64,000 bases of DNA from an uncultured candidate division Zixibacteria bacterium (GCA_963664195.1 OY760907.1:1024001-1088000); one strand, 5' to 3'. Shown: positions 39,660 to 49,676, numbered from the stretch's first letter. Notes: generated from the sequence alone by a model not told the origin. Made by a program: numbers and translations.

Positions 39660-40997
39660 ATGAGTGCCAAGAAGACCGAAGACACAATGGACAAAATCGT
39701 ATCGCTGTGCAAACGGCGCGGCTACGTCTACCCCTCGTCGGAAATATACGGCGGCATGAGTTCCTGCTGGGACTACGGTCCCCTTGGCGCTGAACTCAAG
39801 AGAAACATCAAATCCTTCTGGTGGGAAGCAATGACGAACCGTCGCGACGATGTCGAAGGGCTGGACTCCGCGATCTTCATGCACCCCCAGGTGTGGCACA
39901 CTTCGGGCCATGTCGCCGAGTTCTCCGATCCGATGATCGACTGCAAAACCTGCAAGGGTCGGTTCCGCGCCGACCAATTGAGCCAGTGCCGCTGCCTGAA
40001 TAAGCCGTCGAAAACCCCGCTGGAGTGCGGCGGCGAACTGACCGAGGCGAAGAATTTCAATCTAATGTTCCGTACCAACATGGGACCGGTTGAGGACAGC
40101 TCGTCGGAAATGTACCTTCGTCCCGAAACGGCCCAGGGGATCTACGTCAATTTCTTGAACGTGAAAAACTCTTCGCGCCAGAAGGTGCCGTTTGGTATCG
40201 CCCAGATAGGCAAGGCCTTCCGCAACGAAATCACCCCCGGCAATTTCATCTTCCGCACCCGCGAGTTTGAACAAATGGAAATGCAGTTCTTCGTCCATCC
40301 GGAAGAAGACGAAAAGTGGTTCGAGTATTGGCAGCAACAGCGCTGGGAATGGTACAAGGCACTCGGCATAAAGACGGAGAAACTCCGCTGGGCACCGCAC
40401 GATGCCGACAGTCTGGCGCACTACGCCAAAGCTGCTACGGACATCGAATACGAGTTCCCCTTTGGCTGGCAAGAACTTGAAGGCGTCCATAACCGCACCG
40501 ACTTCGATCTGACCCGTCATATGGAAGCAACGAAAAAAGACCTGCGCCATTTCGACGAAGCCCGCAAGGAGAAGTACCTGCCGTTCATCATCGAGACTTC
40601 AGCCGGCTGTGACCGGACAATCCTGACGGTGCTCGTCGATGCCTATGACGAGGTGGAGATCAAGGGTGAAAAACGCGTTTTCTTGCGGATATCACCGAAG
40701 GTCGCCCCGATCAAAGCAGCGATCTTCCCGCTCGTCAAGAAAGACGGCATGCCTGAGTACGCACAGAAGGTGTATGCGGAGCTAAAGAAGAAGTTCAAGG
40801 TGTTCTACGACGCGGCCGGTGCGGTGGGTCGACGTTACGCTCGTATGGACGAAGCCGGGTGTCCGTTCTGTATCACGGTCGACGGTCAGACGCTTGAAGA
40901 CGACACGATGACGGTTCGTGATCGCGACACGATGGAACAGAGCCGGATGAAGACGGCGGAGATCCTGGATTTCCTGGACAAGAAAGTGAACGGCTAG
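39660..40997 (+). CDS. glyQS: Glycine-tRNA ligase (dimeric type)
   Basis: SSEIYGG...DYGPLG, YLRPETAQG, GKAFRNEI...FRTREFEQME, ELEGVHNR and GRRYAR motifs. Confidence 0.97.
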   Translation: MSAKKTEDTMDKIVSLCKRRGYVYPSSEIYGGMSSCWDYGPLGAELKRNIKSFWWEAMTNRRDDVEGLDSAIFMHPQVWHTSGHVAEFSDPMIDCKTCKGRFRADQLSQCRCLNKPSKTPLECGGELTEAKNFNLMFRTNMGPVEDSSSEMYLRPETAQGIYVNFLNVKNSSRQKVPFGIAQIGKAFRNEITPGNFIFRTREFEQMEMQFFVHPEEDEKWFEYWQQQRWEWYKALGIKTEKLRWAPHDADSLAHYAKAATDIEYEFPFGWQELEGVHNRTDFDLTRHMEATKKDLRHFDEARKEKYLPFIIETSAGCDRTILTVLVDAYDEVEIKGEKRVFLRISPKVAPIKAAIFPLVKKDGMPEYAQKVYAELKKKFKVFYDAAGAVGRRYARMDEAGCPFCITVDGQTLEDDTMTVRDRDTMEQSRMKTAEILDFLDKKVNG

Positions 40998-41019
40998 CAG
41001 GCCGTTCGACAGTCAAACG

Positions 41020-41052
41020 AAACGCCCGGTCTCGGAAGAGGCCGGGCGTTTT
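41020..41052. terminator. Bidirectional intrinsic terminator between glyQS and the convergent gene
   Basis: AAACGCCCGGTCTC-GGAA-GAGGCCGGGCGTTTT. Confidence 0.8.
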
Positions 41053-41097
41053 CTATTCACACAAGATCGTGTACGCTCAATACAGTTCACCGGCGGG

Positions 41098-41355
41098 TCA
41101 CAGACTCCACACATGGCGTTCGAGCGCCTCGGCGATATCCTTTATCGTGGGGTACATAGTCGACTCTCTGCCGCGCGGCTTGCGACGAAGCTCTTTCAAC
41201 TCACGACCGTCGATAATCACCGTCGGCGACAGGACGTCTTCGTCCGTCTCAACGAGATTAGCCAGGACCCCCCGCTCCTTGATAAAACTCAGCAAGAAGT
41301 CTCGTGTCATTGTCTGCTGCGGATCTTTCCGCGAATAAATAAGACCTATATTCAT
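41098..41355 (-). CDS. Small glutaredoxin/thioredoxin-fold-like protein with no cysteines
   Basis: 85 aa with an AAGGA RBS. IGLIYS... and SPTVIIDG patterns recall glutaredoxin beta1 and the cis-Pro loop. Confidence 0.6.
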   Translation of the reverse strand: MNIGLIYSRKDPQQTMTRDFLLSFIKERGVLANLVETDEDVLSPTVIIDGRELKELRRKPRGRESTMYPTIKDIAEALERHVWSL

Positions 41356-41522
41356 CGTACATCCTTATACAATCCAGTTTACACAAGTCGTTTCGGCGGA
41401 TCAACAATAACTGGCATATCTTCTACGAGAATGTGGTCTCCAAATGTCAAAAAATCGTCAGGGAAACACTAGAATTCGATTCTAAATGATACTGGGCGGA
41501 CTGATCGGATGCAGAATGAGCA

Positions 41523-42584
41523 TTACCCGTTCTGAATAACCAATGACGTATTACTTTTCGCCATAACCACTCCGACCGCACAGTCTGGCAAGCCAAGCGC
41601 CTCTAAGCCTGCACGGAAGTCGTCTGTGTGATCGGCCCCTATAGCAATCAACAGACCGCCCGAAGTTTGAGGATCGAACAACACCTGACGAAGACTCGAC
41701 GGGATATCGCCTTCGAACCGAACCGCTCCCTCGAGAAACGCCTTGTTGTCGTTGGCGCCGCCGGGATTCACACCCTCCCCTGCCAGTCTTTGCGCTTCAG
41801 GAAGGATCGGCAACGCCGAGGCATCAAACCGGATGCTCACATCGGACGCCGTCGCCATTTCCAGAGCGTGGCCCAACAATCCAAACCCGGTGATATCTGT
41901 CGCGGCATGGACGTCGTGACCAACCATCAGTTCGGCCGCCGGACGGTTCAGCGCGGCCATCTGGTCAATCACATGGGCGATCAGGTCTTCGCCGACCACA
42001 CCTCGTTTTATTCCGGTAGTGATAATCCCGGTCCCGAGTGGTTTGGTCAGAAACAGGCTGTCACCGACTCTCGCCCCTGAATTGGTGACAATCCGGTCCG
42101 GGTGTACAATTCCGGTGACCGCAATGCCGTATTTCAGCTCGTTGTCTTTGATCGAATGCCCTCCGACCACCACGGCTCCGGCTTCTTCAACCTTCTCGTT
42201 CCCACCGCGAAGAATCTCGGTGAGCATCTCTTTCGGCAGTCTGGCGACCGGGAAACCGACTATATTCAAGGCTGTCAACGGTTTACCACCCATCGCGAAG
42301 ACATCTGAGAGAGCATTCGCCGCTGCAATCCGCCCGAAATGATACGGATCATCTACTATCGGCGGGAAGAAATCAACTGTCTGCACCAATGCCTGCGTGT
42401 CGCTGATACGAAACACACCGGCATCGTCGGCCTTATTGAAACCCACCATCAGGTCAGGATGAGTCGCTTGTGGCAGACCCGAGAGCACTTCGGCCAAAAA
42501 CTTTGGCCCCAGTTTGGAGGCTCAGCCAGCGCAGGAAACTTCGGCCGTCAGCCTGATTTCAGACAGTTTTCGCAGGTCAGTCAT
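41523..42584 (-). CDS. selD: Selenide, water dikinase (selenophosphate synthetase), selenocysteine-containing (U21)
   Basis: Extending past the in-frame TGA at 42522-42524 gives MTDLRKLSEIRLTAEVSCAG-U-ASKLGP. DDAGV, TVDFF, ANALSDV, GGHS, TDITGFGL and DPQTSGGLL motifs are present. Confidence 0.95.
42492..42517 (-). promoter_or_regulatory. Candidate SECIS hairpin of selD
   Basis: Just 3' of the UGA: GGCCAA(A)-GUU-(U)UUGGCC stem-loop. An alternative fold is AAACU-GGGGCCAA-AGUUU. Confidence 0.55.
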
Positions 42585-42856
42585 GCTGACCAAAGTATGC
42601 CGAACGCCACCGAGAATCAAGCGCAATATGGGCTGAAATGGACCCCGTTAGCCGGTGTGCGAAAATTGAACAATCTTTGCCTCTCCGGCAGGTTCATAAA
42701 GGCAAGGTTCCGCCGATTACTTTACAAAAGGGATTGAAACAAGCCGACCGGGCACGGGAGCGGTCACGCCCCGCTGTGAGCTGATATGGGTTCGCTGCGA
42801 AGGACAGAAGCCACTCTTTCGGCAAGGGAATATACAGGTGGAGAAAGCAACCTGAC

Positions 42857-44962
42857 GTGAGCGAAAAGATCACCACCCTGCGAATCGACGAACTCCTGCT
42901 CTGGGATGGCGCGGTCACCGAAGAGCAAGTCACGCATGCGCTCGAATATCAGCGCGAACATGGTGGACGTCTCGGTTCGCACCTCGTACGGCTCGGCTAT
43001 GTCACCGAGGCCGACCTTCTCAAAGCACTGGCCAAGCAGTTTGAATGTGAATCGGTGATTCTATCCGACGTCGACTTGCCTCCTGAGGTGACCAGGATGA
43101 TACCGTCGAATGTCGCCCTCGCCCGCACAGTGATTCCGTTCGACTACAACCCGGCAACCAACGTCCTAAAAGTCGCCTGCGACAATCCCAAAAACGAAAA
43201 GCTGATAAGCGAACTGAATTTTGTTGCGGGAGGCAAAAAGGTCATCCTGTACATCGCCGCCGAGATGCCCCTGAAGGCTGCCGTTGCCCGACATTATGTC
43301 GCCGCAAACGATCAACACGCCTTGTCGGCTTCACAGCCCTTGGAAACGACACCACGAACTCTTGACGAAACAGGCGAAATGGTGACCATCCCCACCCGGG
43401 GATCTATCCTTCTGGTAAGTGATGAACACGACTCCGACGCGCCTCTGCGCCAGGCGTTGGAGCGGGACAACTACCGATTGGTTTGCACTGAATCGGCTGA
43501 CGACGCCATCGAGATAATCGGTAACCAGAGTTTCCACACGGTGTTCATCCGGGACACGGTCCAAGGCGACTACATTGACCTGATTGATCGCCTTCGCAAA
43601 GTATCCCCGCGCACCTGTGTCCGGTACTACGAATCACCGGCCGAACTTCTGCTCAACCAGCAGGACAATACGCACGTGAGCGATCTGGTGATCAAAAACC
43701 TCCAGTTGTTCACGGCCATGTTGAGTTCCAGGGACAGTTTCGAGGATAACCACGCCGGTACGGTGGGATTGTATGTCGACCGGCTGTGCCACCAGATGGG
43801 TATCCCCGAAAAGGATCGCCTCACCATCACGAATGCAGCCTACGTGCATGACATGTCTCGCTACTACTACGGTGAGAAGGAAGACGCGACAGACTGTCGG
43901 GGCAGAATATCTCTTACGGCAAAGCTGCTTGACTCGTTGAACTATTCGCCGCTGGTGATTGAGATTCTCCGCTCCATGTATATCAACCTCCGACAGAAGT
44001 ACACGAAACGACTGCCTATTGAAACGCTCGGCGGGAATATCCTGACCATTGTCGACATCTTCTGCGAGAATGTCTCGATCAACGAAAAAATGTCACTGGA
44101 CAAGTTTGAGGCGGTACGAAGCAATCTCACCTCGCTGTCCGGAAAGCTGTTCCTTCCGGAGGTGGTGGACGCCTTTGTCGAGATGATCGAAGAAGAGATA
44201 CTGATCGAACCGTCGTCGGAGAAATACAATCAGGCACTCATGTTCTGCGAGGACATCGACCTGCTCAATCCCCTGGCCACTCGTCTCAAGGATGAAGGGT
44301 TCCGGCCGGTAATACTCAACACGCTGGATCGATTCATCGAGCTGTATCAGCGCAGCCGCCCCGATATGATGATCTTGATCAACGAGGGGCGTCCGTCGAA
44401 AGCAATCTCGCTGGTCGACGAAATGATCCGTCGCGGTGTAGAAATCATGAAAGTACCGACTTTCCTCATCGCCAGCCAGGAAGCTACCGGCGAACTGACC
44501 GGACTTTTCGAGCGCGGCCTCGAGGATATTATCCCCCTTGAGAACAGCTTCGACCTGCTGGTCGTCAAGATGCGCAAGCTGCGTACTCGGGTCGAAAGCC
44601 GGGCCAAAAGACAGAAAAGCACCGGCGAAGGGGGCACTGCCGGCAAGCTCGAAGATATGAACCTTATCGATCTGCTCCAGGCGCTTGGCCCGAGCGGCAA
44701 AACCGCGAGGATCGAAGTCACCTCCGGCGAAGATACTCTCATGCTGTTCCTTGACAAGGGACGGATTATCTTCGCTGAGCTTGGCGATGCAGTCGGCGCT
44801 CAGGCGGTGTATCGTGCGTTGGCCTGGGCCAACGGCAAGTGGGTCATCCAGCCGGTGAGCGAGGCCGACCTGCCGGAGCCGAACAATGAGGAAGCGAATG
44901 AGTCAATCCTGATGGAAGGCTGCCGCCTTCTGGATGAACGCCAGCGCGAATCCACAACGTAG
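42857..44962 (+). CDS. Multidomain signalling protein: MshEN/GspE_N, receiver-like, degenerate HD-GYP-like, receiver-like and DUF4388 (PATAN-like) domains
   Basis: RLGSHLVRLGYVTEADLLKALAKQ MshEN repeat, AAYVHDM, ILTIVDIF...FLPEVVDAF, and a C-terminal GKLEDMNLIDLLQAL...ILMEGCRLLDE. Confidence 0.75.
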   Translation: MSEKITTLRIDELLLWDGAVTEEQVTHALEYQREHGGRLGSHLVRLGYVTEADLLKALAKQFECESVILSDVDLPPEVTRMIPSNVALARTVIPFDYNPATNVLKVACDNPKNEKLISELNFVAGGKKVILYIAAEMPLKAAVARHYVAANDQHALSASQPLETTPRTLDETGEMVTIPTRGSILLVSDEHDSDAPLRQALERDNYRLVCTESADDAIEIIGNQSFHTVFIRDTVQGDYIDLIDRLRKVSPRTCVRYYESPAELLLNQQDNTHVSDLVIKNLQLFTAMLSSRDSFEDNHAGTVGLYVDRLCHQMGIPEKDRLTITNAAYVHDMSRYYYGEKEDATDCRGRISLTAKLLDSLNYSPLVIEILRSMYINLRQKYTKRLPIETLGGNILTIVDIFCENVSINEKMSLDKFEAVRSNLTSLSGKLFLPEVVDAFVEMIEEEILIEPSSEKYNQALMFCEDIDLLNPLATRLKDEGFRPVILNTLDRFIELYQRSRPDMMILINEGRPSKAISLVDEMIRRGVEIMKVPTFLIASQEATGELTGLFERGLEDIIPLENSFDLLVVKMRKLRTRVESRAKRQKSTGEGGTAGKLEDMNLIDLLQALGPSGKTARIEVTSGEDTLMLFLDKGRIIFAELGDAVGAQAVYRALAWANGKWVIQPVSEADLPEPNNEEANESILMEGCRLLDERQRESTT

Positions 44963-45002
44963 CCATTCATATCCCGAAGATGTCGGATGATTTCAAGACC
45001 CT

Positions 45003-46904
45003 CTACTCCTCAAACAACCGATCCAACGTCAGATTAAACCGCACCGTGCGACCCGGTTCGTACACTCTCGTACCCGACGAGTACGGATTGCGCATATACG
45101 ACATGTGCGCATAGTACAGTTCATCCGTCAGGTTTTCGACTCCCAGCGAAAAGCGCATTCCCGCGTACTTGTAGGCCAGTTCCATGTCCAATCGATTCCA
45201 CTGCGGCGTCGGCTCTTCATCGAGCGTCCGGTCGACTCGTGTCTGAGCATCGGAGTAGATGTGGGTCAACGAGGCCTTCAGCCCGTGCCACTCGGGCGAA
45301 ACAACCGACGTCTTCACGGAAAGGGGCATGATCTCGGACATCGGCGAATCGGTATCGGTCCGTTCGGCGATTGTATAACGGGCGTCGATAGCAAGATGCT
45401 TCCACGCACTGCTTAAACTTACGCCCGCCAGAAGTGCGCCGACATTGTCGTACGTTTCGTACTTCGTCCCCTCGATCATTCGCGCCGAAGGTGTAACGTA
45501 ATCCCAGACATGACAGCCGAACAGCTCAAGACGCACCCGGTCAATCGAGACGTTCCCGCGCAGAGTCATACGGACCGGTGCAGTCAGTCCCGGATTTCCC
45601 GCCCGCCAGGTTTTGTTGCCGGGACGCTGGAGAGCTATGTACAACTCCTCCGCCTGGGGTGGTTCGGAAGTAATCTCGATCCGAGCACCGGCCGCACGAT
45701 CAACGGCAAACAGGTGCGTATAGCCGGCACTGAAGCCAAATACGGCAAACGTCCGGGCGTCATCTGCGTTGGCATACAGGTTGCGATAGTAGGCCATGCG
45801 CGGTTTGTCGCCCACGCGGGTATTAAGAAACCCGAGCTTTCCACTGAACTCGAGCGAGCGGTGGTTGATGGTCCTGTGAAAGGTAGCGGCCACCTGTCTG
45901 ACGTCGGGTAGCATATGATTGTCGATAGTCGTCATCGGCGTCACAATCCGATTTTCGACGCTCCAGTAACGGTAGTACGCTTCGTAAAAGTCGCCGTCGA
46001 ATCCGACCGTGACGGCTGTGGCATCGGACTTCATTGAGGACATGCTCTTCCGAAGGCCGTTGTCCATTGTGTGAAACGTGTGGCTGAAATACAGCTTATG
46101 GTCACCGTGACTGACAAACCCGCTGTAGATCCGGTTCAGCCTCTCGTCCATGTGCAGGTACGGGAACATGACGTCTTCGGTGTAGGTGAAGGCACCCCGG
46201 TATTCGAATTCGCCTCTGCGCCCTGCTACCGAGGTCTCCCCCAGCAAGTAGCGATAATCGCCGCGATACATGTAGAGATCGGCAAATGTCCGGTCATCAC
46301 CGTTTTCGTATCCCTTCCCGCGTGCATATCGTCCGGTGAGACGCAGGTTGTGTCGGTCAACCGAAAAGGCCGCGTCTGCGTTCTCACTTGATCCCAGCGT
46401 CTGCGACAATCCGGCCCGGATCTGAAGCTGCTCGTTGATTGGCGCGCGATGAAATGTCACTCCCCCTCCGAGACCGGACTGGTGGCCGGCGGCATTCTTT
46501 CGCAGCTCGATAGTCTGCATTTCCAGCGGGTTGGCACGGATCAACGGGGAGTCCATACGGGCAGGACAGGCCGAGTGATACCGTTCGCCGTCGACCGTGA
46601 CCGTAACGTCCCCCCGCTTAAACCCATCTACTGAGATGTCCTGCGCGAAAAAAGTTCCCTTGCGAATGAGTCCGAAACCGTTGCTGTTGATGACCGCCGC
46701 AAAGCGGTCGAGCTCCATAGGGAAATCGACTTCCTCACGGTTGATTCGCACCGATTTCACCGTGATAACGTTGTCCAGAGCAACAGTGAGCGTGTCTCCT
46801 TGAGCGACCGGCTCATCTGTTCCGGCGTCGGTTGATCTTGAGGCGAACAGACACACGGTTAGCGCAAAAGTCAGCAGTCCAAAGAACGGTTTTCGCGGGG
46901 TCAT
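45003..46904 (-). CDS. TonB-dependent receptor, OprC-like copper receptor
   Basis: Signal peptide and plug with ACPARMD (CxxxM), later HTMDN (HxM), and a C-terminal GVENLTD...EPGRTV. Confidence 0.75.
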   Translation of the reverse strand: MTPRKPFFGLLTFALTVCLFASRSTDAGTDEPVAQGDTLTVALDNVITVKSVRINREEVDFPMELDRFAAVINSNGFGLIRKGTFFAQDISVDGFKRGDVTVTVDGERYHSACPARMDSPLIRANPLEMQTIELRKNAAGHQSGLGGGVTFHRAPINEQLQIRAGLSQTLGSSENADAAFSVDRHNLRLTGRYARGKGYENGDDRTFADLYMYRGDYRYLLGETSVAGRRGEFEYRGAFTYTEDVMFPYLHMDERLNRIYSGFVSHGDHKLYFSHTFHTMDNGLRKSMSSMKSDATAVTVGFDGDFYEAYYRYWSVENRIVTPMTTIDNHMLPDVRQVAATFHRTINHRSLEFSGKLGFLNTRVGDKPRMAYYRNLYANADDARTFAVFGFSAGYTHLFAVDRAAGARIEITSEPPQAEELYIALQRPGNKTWRAGNPGLTAPVRMTLRGNVSIDRVRLELFGCHVWDYVTPSARMIEGTKYETYDNVGALLAGVSLSSAWKHLAIDARYTIAERTDTDSPMSEIMPLSVKTSVVSPEWHGLKASLTHIYSDAQTRVDRTLDEEPTPQWNRLDMELAYKYAGMRFSLGVENLTDELYYAHMSYMRNPYSSGTRVYEPGRTVRFNLTLDRLFEE

Positions 46905-47076
46905 ACAATACTCCTTATCATGCCGGGCAACGTGACCGCAACGGTGCGACGCGCTGCCGGAGACATATATCGTATATTGTCTCCATTATACGGTATTTGG
47001 TATCAACAACAAGTAGAGATGAAGGATTGTTTCGGGGGAAATGCTCCGAAGTGAGCGATACACGGGGACCCCGCCG

Positions 47077-48150
47077 CTACTCCTGCGCTAATCGCTTCAG
47101 GTAGTCCAGCTTGTCCTTCTGGCGTTTGCGGGTTGATTCCGGTATCTCCCCCAGATACTCCCACAGTCTGCGGGCGGCAAAGTGAGTTTCATTGTTGTGA
47201 CCCAGGCGGTCGTGGCATTGTGTGATGAAGAAGTCACACTCGACGAGATTGTAGCAGTTACCCGGTGATACGGCAAGTTTCTCTCGGAGCTCCTTGAAGG
47301 CTCCTAACGACTGCTCGTACTCCTCCTGCTTGAACCAGGCCTGCGCAATCGGCCAGAGAAACGTCTTGCCGTCGGGATACCTCGCCGCAAAATCAGTAGC
47401 CACAGCAATCGTGGAATCGTATTCTCCCCTGTCAAGCCATATCCAGATCATCGCACTACGGGCGGCCTGGCGGTGCAGTATCGAAGAATCAGCGGCCAGT
47501 CTAAGTTCTCGAAGACCCTTGTCCTTCTCGTTTCGAAAGAGACCGATCCATTTGAGCATCCCGGCTTTCGCCGATTTCCAGTAGTGATACGACCCCAGCC
47601 CGGCATACAAATCGTACAACGTGCTATCCCGTTTGAGACCCCTCTCGTAGTCATCGTTGGCCGATAATCCCAGCCGAAGGGCTTTGATAAACGAACCAAA
47701 CCGGGATTCATACAGCGAGCGATAGGCCGTTACATGACCGCGAAGCAGGTACATCCAGGCGGCAGTGCGATCGTCGCAGGTCTCCAGAATCGACCTGGTG
47801 AGCGTGAGCGTACTGTCGAGTAGTCGATTGAACTGCTTAGAGTGAGCGTCTTCCTCACGGTCGGCCATATCCGCCATCAGGCCACCTGCACGAAACAAGT
47901 ATCCGGCGGGATCGGTAGGATGGGCTGAAATGTAGTCTGAGTAGGCCGAATCCGCCTCAGTAAACCGGTCATCGAAAATAAGCGCCGCAGACCCGCGGAA
48001 AAACTCAGCCCTGGTGCTGTCCATATATTCCGGGGCATCCTGAGCCGCGGACCCGACCCCAACCGACAGACAAACTGATACAAAAACGACCGACATGAAA
48101 GCCATGCCGGTCAAAATATCCTGCTGCCTGCAAAAGGCAATAATTAACAA
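47077..48150 (-). CDS. TPR-like periplasmic protein (start uncertain: TTG 48150 or ATG 48105)
   Basis: Signal-like segment and helical TPR-like repeats (DLYAGLGSYHYW). Immediately downstream of the anti-sigma gene. Confidence 0.65.
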   Translation of the reverse strand: MLIIAFCRQQDILTGMAFMSVVFVSVCLSVGVGSAAQDAPEYMDSTRAEFFRGSAALIFDDRFTEADSAYSDYISAHPTDPAGYLFRAGGLMADMADREEDAHSKQFNRLLDSTLTLTRSILETCDDRTAAWMYLLRGHVTAYRSLYESRFGSFIKALRLGLSANDDYERGLKRDSTLYDLYAGLGSYHYWKSAKAGMLKWIGLFRNEKDKGLRELRLAADSSILHRQAARSAMIWIWLDRGEYDSTIAVATDFAARYPDGKTFLWPIAQAWFKQEEYEQSLGAFKELREKLAVSPGNCYNLVECDFFITQCHDRLGHNNETHFAARRLWEYLGEIPESTRKRQKDKLDYLKRLAQE

Positions 48151-48155
48151 TCGTC

Positions 48156-49013
48156 CTACACGGTGCCTTGCCCCGGAATGAAATCGAGCAACTCGACTTC
48201 GTGGTTCTCGGTGGCGGTGACGATGATTGCGTCGCCAACCTGATGATACACGAGTCGACAACCCTTGCAGTTGTGATCAAAGAGTTGCATTTGGCCCTTC
48301 ACTACCGGATGGGCCATCAAATCCTCCGGGATGGGAAATTCGTCGGCACGAGCCACAAACACCGAAACAATGGTTTCACCGCGTGTGTAAACAAAGTGCG
48401 CCATCTCAATACCGTCGATCGTCTCCAACTGACCGCCGATAAGAGAGAATTCCTGCACGGCCGGTGAGAGATTATATGAGACGCGCTGGTTGACAAAAGA
48501 CGCCGGCGCCCCTGTCACGCCCGCCGAGGCGAATTGGGCAAGCTGTTGAACGGCCTCAAAATGGGCGTCCTCAAGTGCGCCAAACTGAACGTCGTGGCTC
48601 ATGAACGCCTGTCCGATATACACGGTGCCGATAACCACCACCAGCGCGGCAGCCAGAGCCAGAAGTCTTCCGATCCTGAAGCCACGTGCAGCCCGAGCAG
48701 GCATTTGGGAGGACGGCGCGGGAGTCTCTATTTCGTTTGTCGGCCTTGCCGAAGTAGAACAGGCACAAGCCGATTCACTGTCTACAGCATCGAGGTCCGA
48801 AAGGATCTTCTCTTTGAGATGCCGCATACGGGGTGTTGTTCTCTGATGTGCGAGTTTCTCGCGGACGAGGGCGTTGACGGCCTCTTCGACCTTGTAGATT
48901 TCCGAACAGTGACGACATTGGTTGAGATGTTGTTTCACCTCCTGAACGTCGATTTCGGATGCCTCTTTATCAATCACATCATAGAGTAAACTCAGAGCTT
49001 CCTGACAGGTCAT
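48156..49013 (-). CDS. Zinc-binding (ZAS/zf-HC2) transmembrane anti-sigma factor
   Basis: MTC...HLNQCRHC (HxxxCxxC), a TM helix and an extracytoplasmic domain. Overlaps the sigma gene stop codon. Confidence 0.85.
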   Translation of the reverse strand: MTCQEALSLLYDVIDKEASEIDVQEVKQHLNQCRHCSEIYKVEEAVNALVREKLAHQRTTPRMRHLKEKILSDLDAVDSESACACSTSARPTNEIETPAPSSQMPARAARGFRIGRLLALAAALVVVIGTVYIGQAFMSHDVQFGALEDAHFEAVQQLAQFASAGVTGAPASFVNQRVSYNLSPAVQEFSLIGGQLETIDGIEMAHFVYTRGETIVSVFVARADEFPIPEDLMAHPVVKGQMQLFDHNCKGCRLVYHQVGDAIIVTATENHEVELLDFIPGQGTV

Positions 49014-49597
49014 TTTGCAGTATCCTTGATGTAGCCATTCCTAACAGCGTAGTCATAAAGTTGTTTCTGGAGCAGTTTCCGACCGCGGTGCAATCGGGAC
49101 TTTACCGTTCCCAGTTGAAGATCGGCAATTTCTGCGATTTCCTGGTAGGAAAACCCCTCCAGGAACGAAAGCACTACTACCAGCCGGAAATCGTCTGGCA
49201 ACTCCTCTATGGCCTTCTTGACATCGTCATCAAATATCTTTGCGAACAGGGCCTGCTCCGGATTCTCTTCCGGACCAAGATTAGCCAGCTGCCCGTACAA
49301 GAAATTATCGTCAATGTCGTCAACATTAACGGACACGGGCGTACGGGACTTGGAACGATAGTTGTTGATAAAGATGTTGGTCATTATCTTAAACAACCAT
49401 GCCCGACAGTTTGAACCCGGCTCAAACTTATCCCAGAAGCGATACGCCTTGACCATGGCTTCCTGCACCAGGTCCTCCGCGTCGCTCTGATTCTTGGTCA
49501 TCCTCAGAGCTGTGCGGAGCAACGCATCCATGTGAGGCAGGGCCTCGGTTTCAAATGCCCGTCGCTTCACGAGTTCTTTAGGCTTGCCTTCAGACAT
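49010..49597 (-). CDS. ECF sigma-70 factor (SigH/SigR-like)
   Basis: DAEDLVQEA...WDKFEPGSNCRAWLFKIMTNIFINNYR region 2 and GFSYQEIAEI...GTVKSRLHRGR region 4. Confidence 0.93.
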   Translation of the reverse strand: MSEGKPKELVKRRAFETEALPHMDALLRTALRMTKNQSDAEDLVQEAMVKAYRFWDKFEPGSNCRAWLFKIMTNIFINNYRSKSRTPVSVNVDDIDDNFLYGQLANLGPEENPEQALFAKIFDDDVKKAIEELPDDFRLVVVLSFLEGFSYQEIAEIADLQLGTVKSRLHRGRKLLQKQLYDYAVRNGYIKDTAK

Positions 49598-49650
49598 TAA
49601 GATCGCCCTCTTCGTCTGAAAGCGGCCTCTTACCCGTGCTAAAAGCATAA

Positions 49651-49676
49651 AACGCTCGCGGGTGCATTGAAGTTCC
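49651..49676 (-). promoter_or_regulatory. Probable autoregulatory ECF promoter GGAAC-N18-GTT
   Basis: The minus strand reads GGAAC TTCAATGCACCCGCGAGC GTT, 53 nt upstream of the sigma ATG. This fits the SigR/SigH consensus GGAA(T/C)-N18-GTT. Confidence 0.7.
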
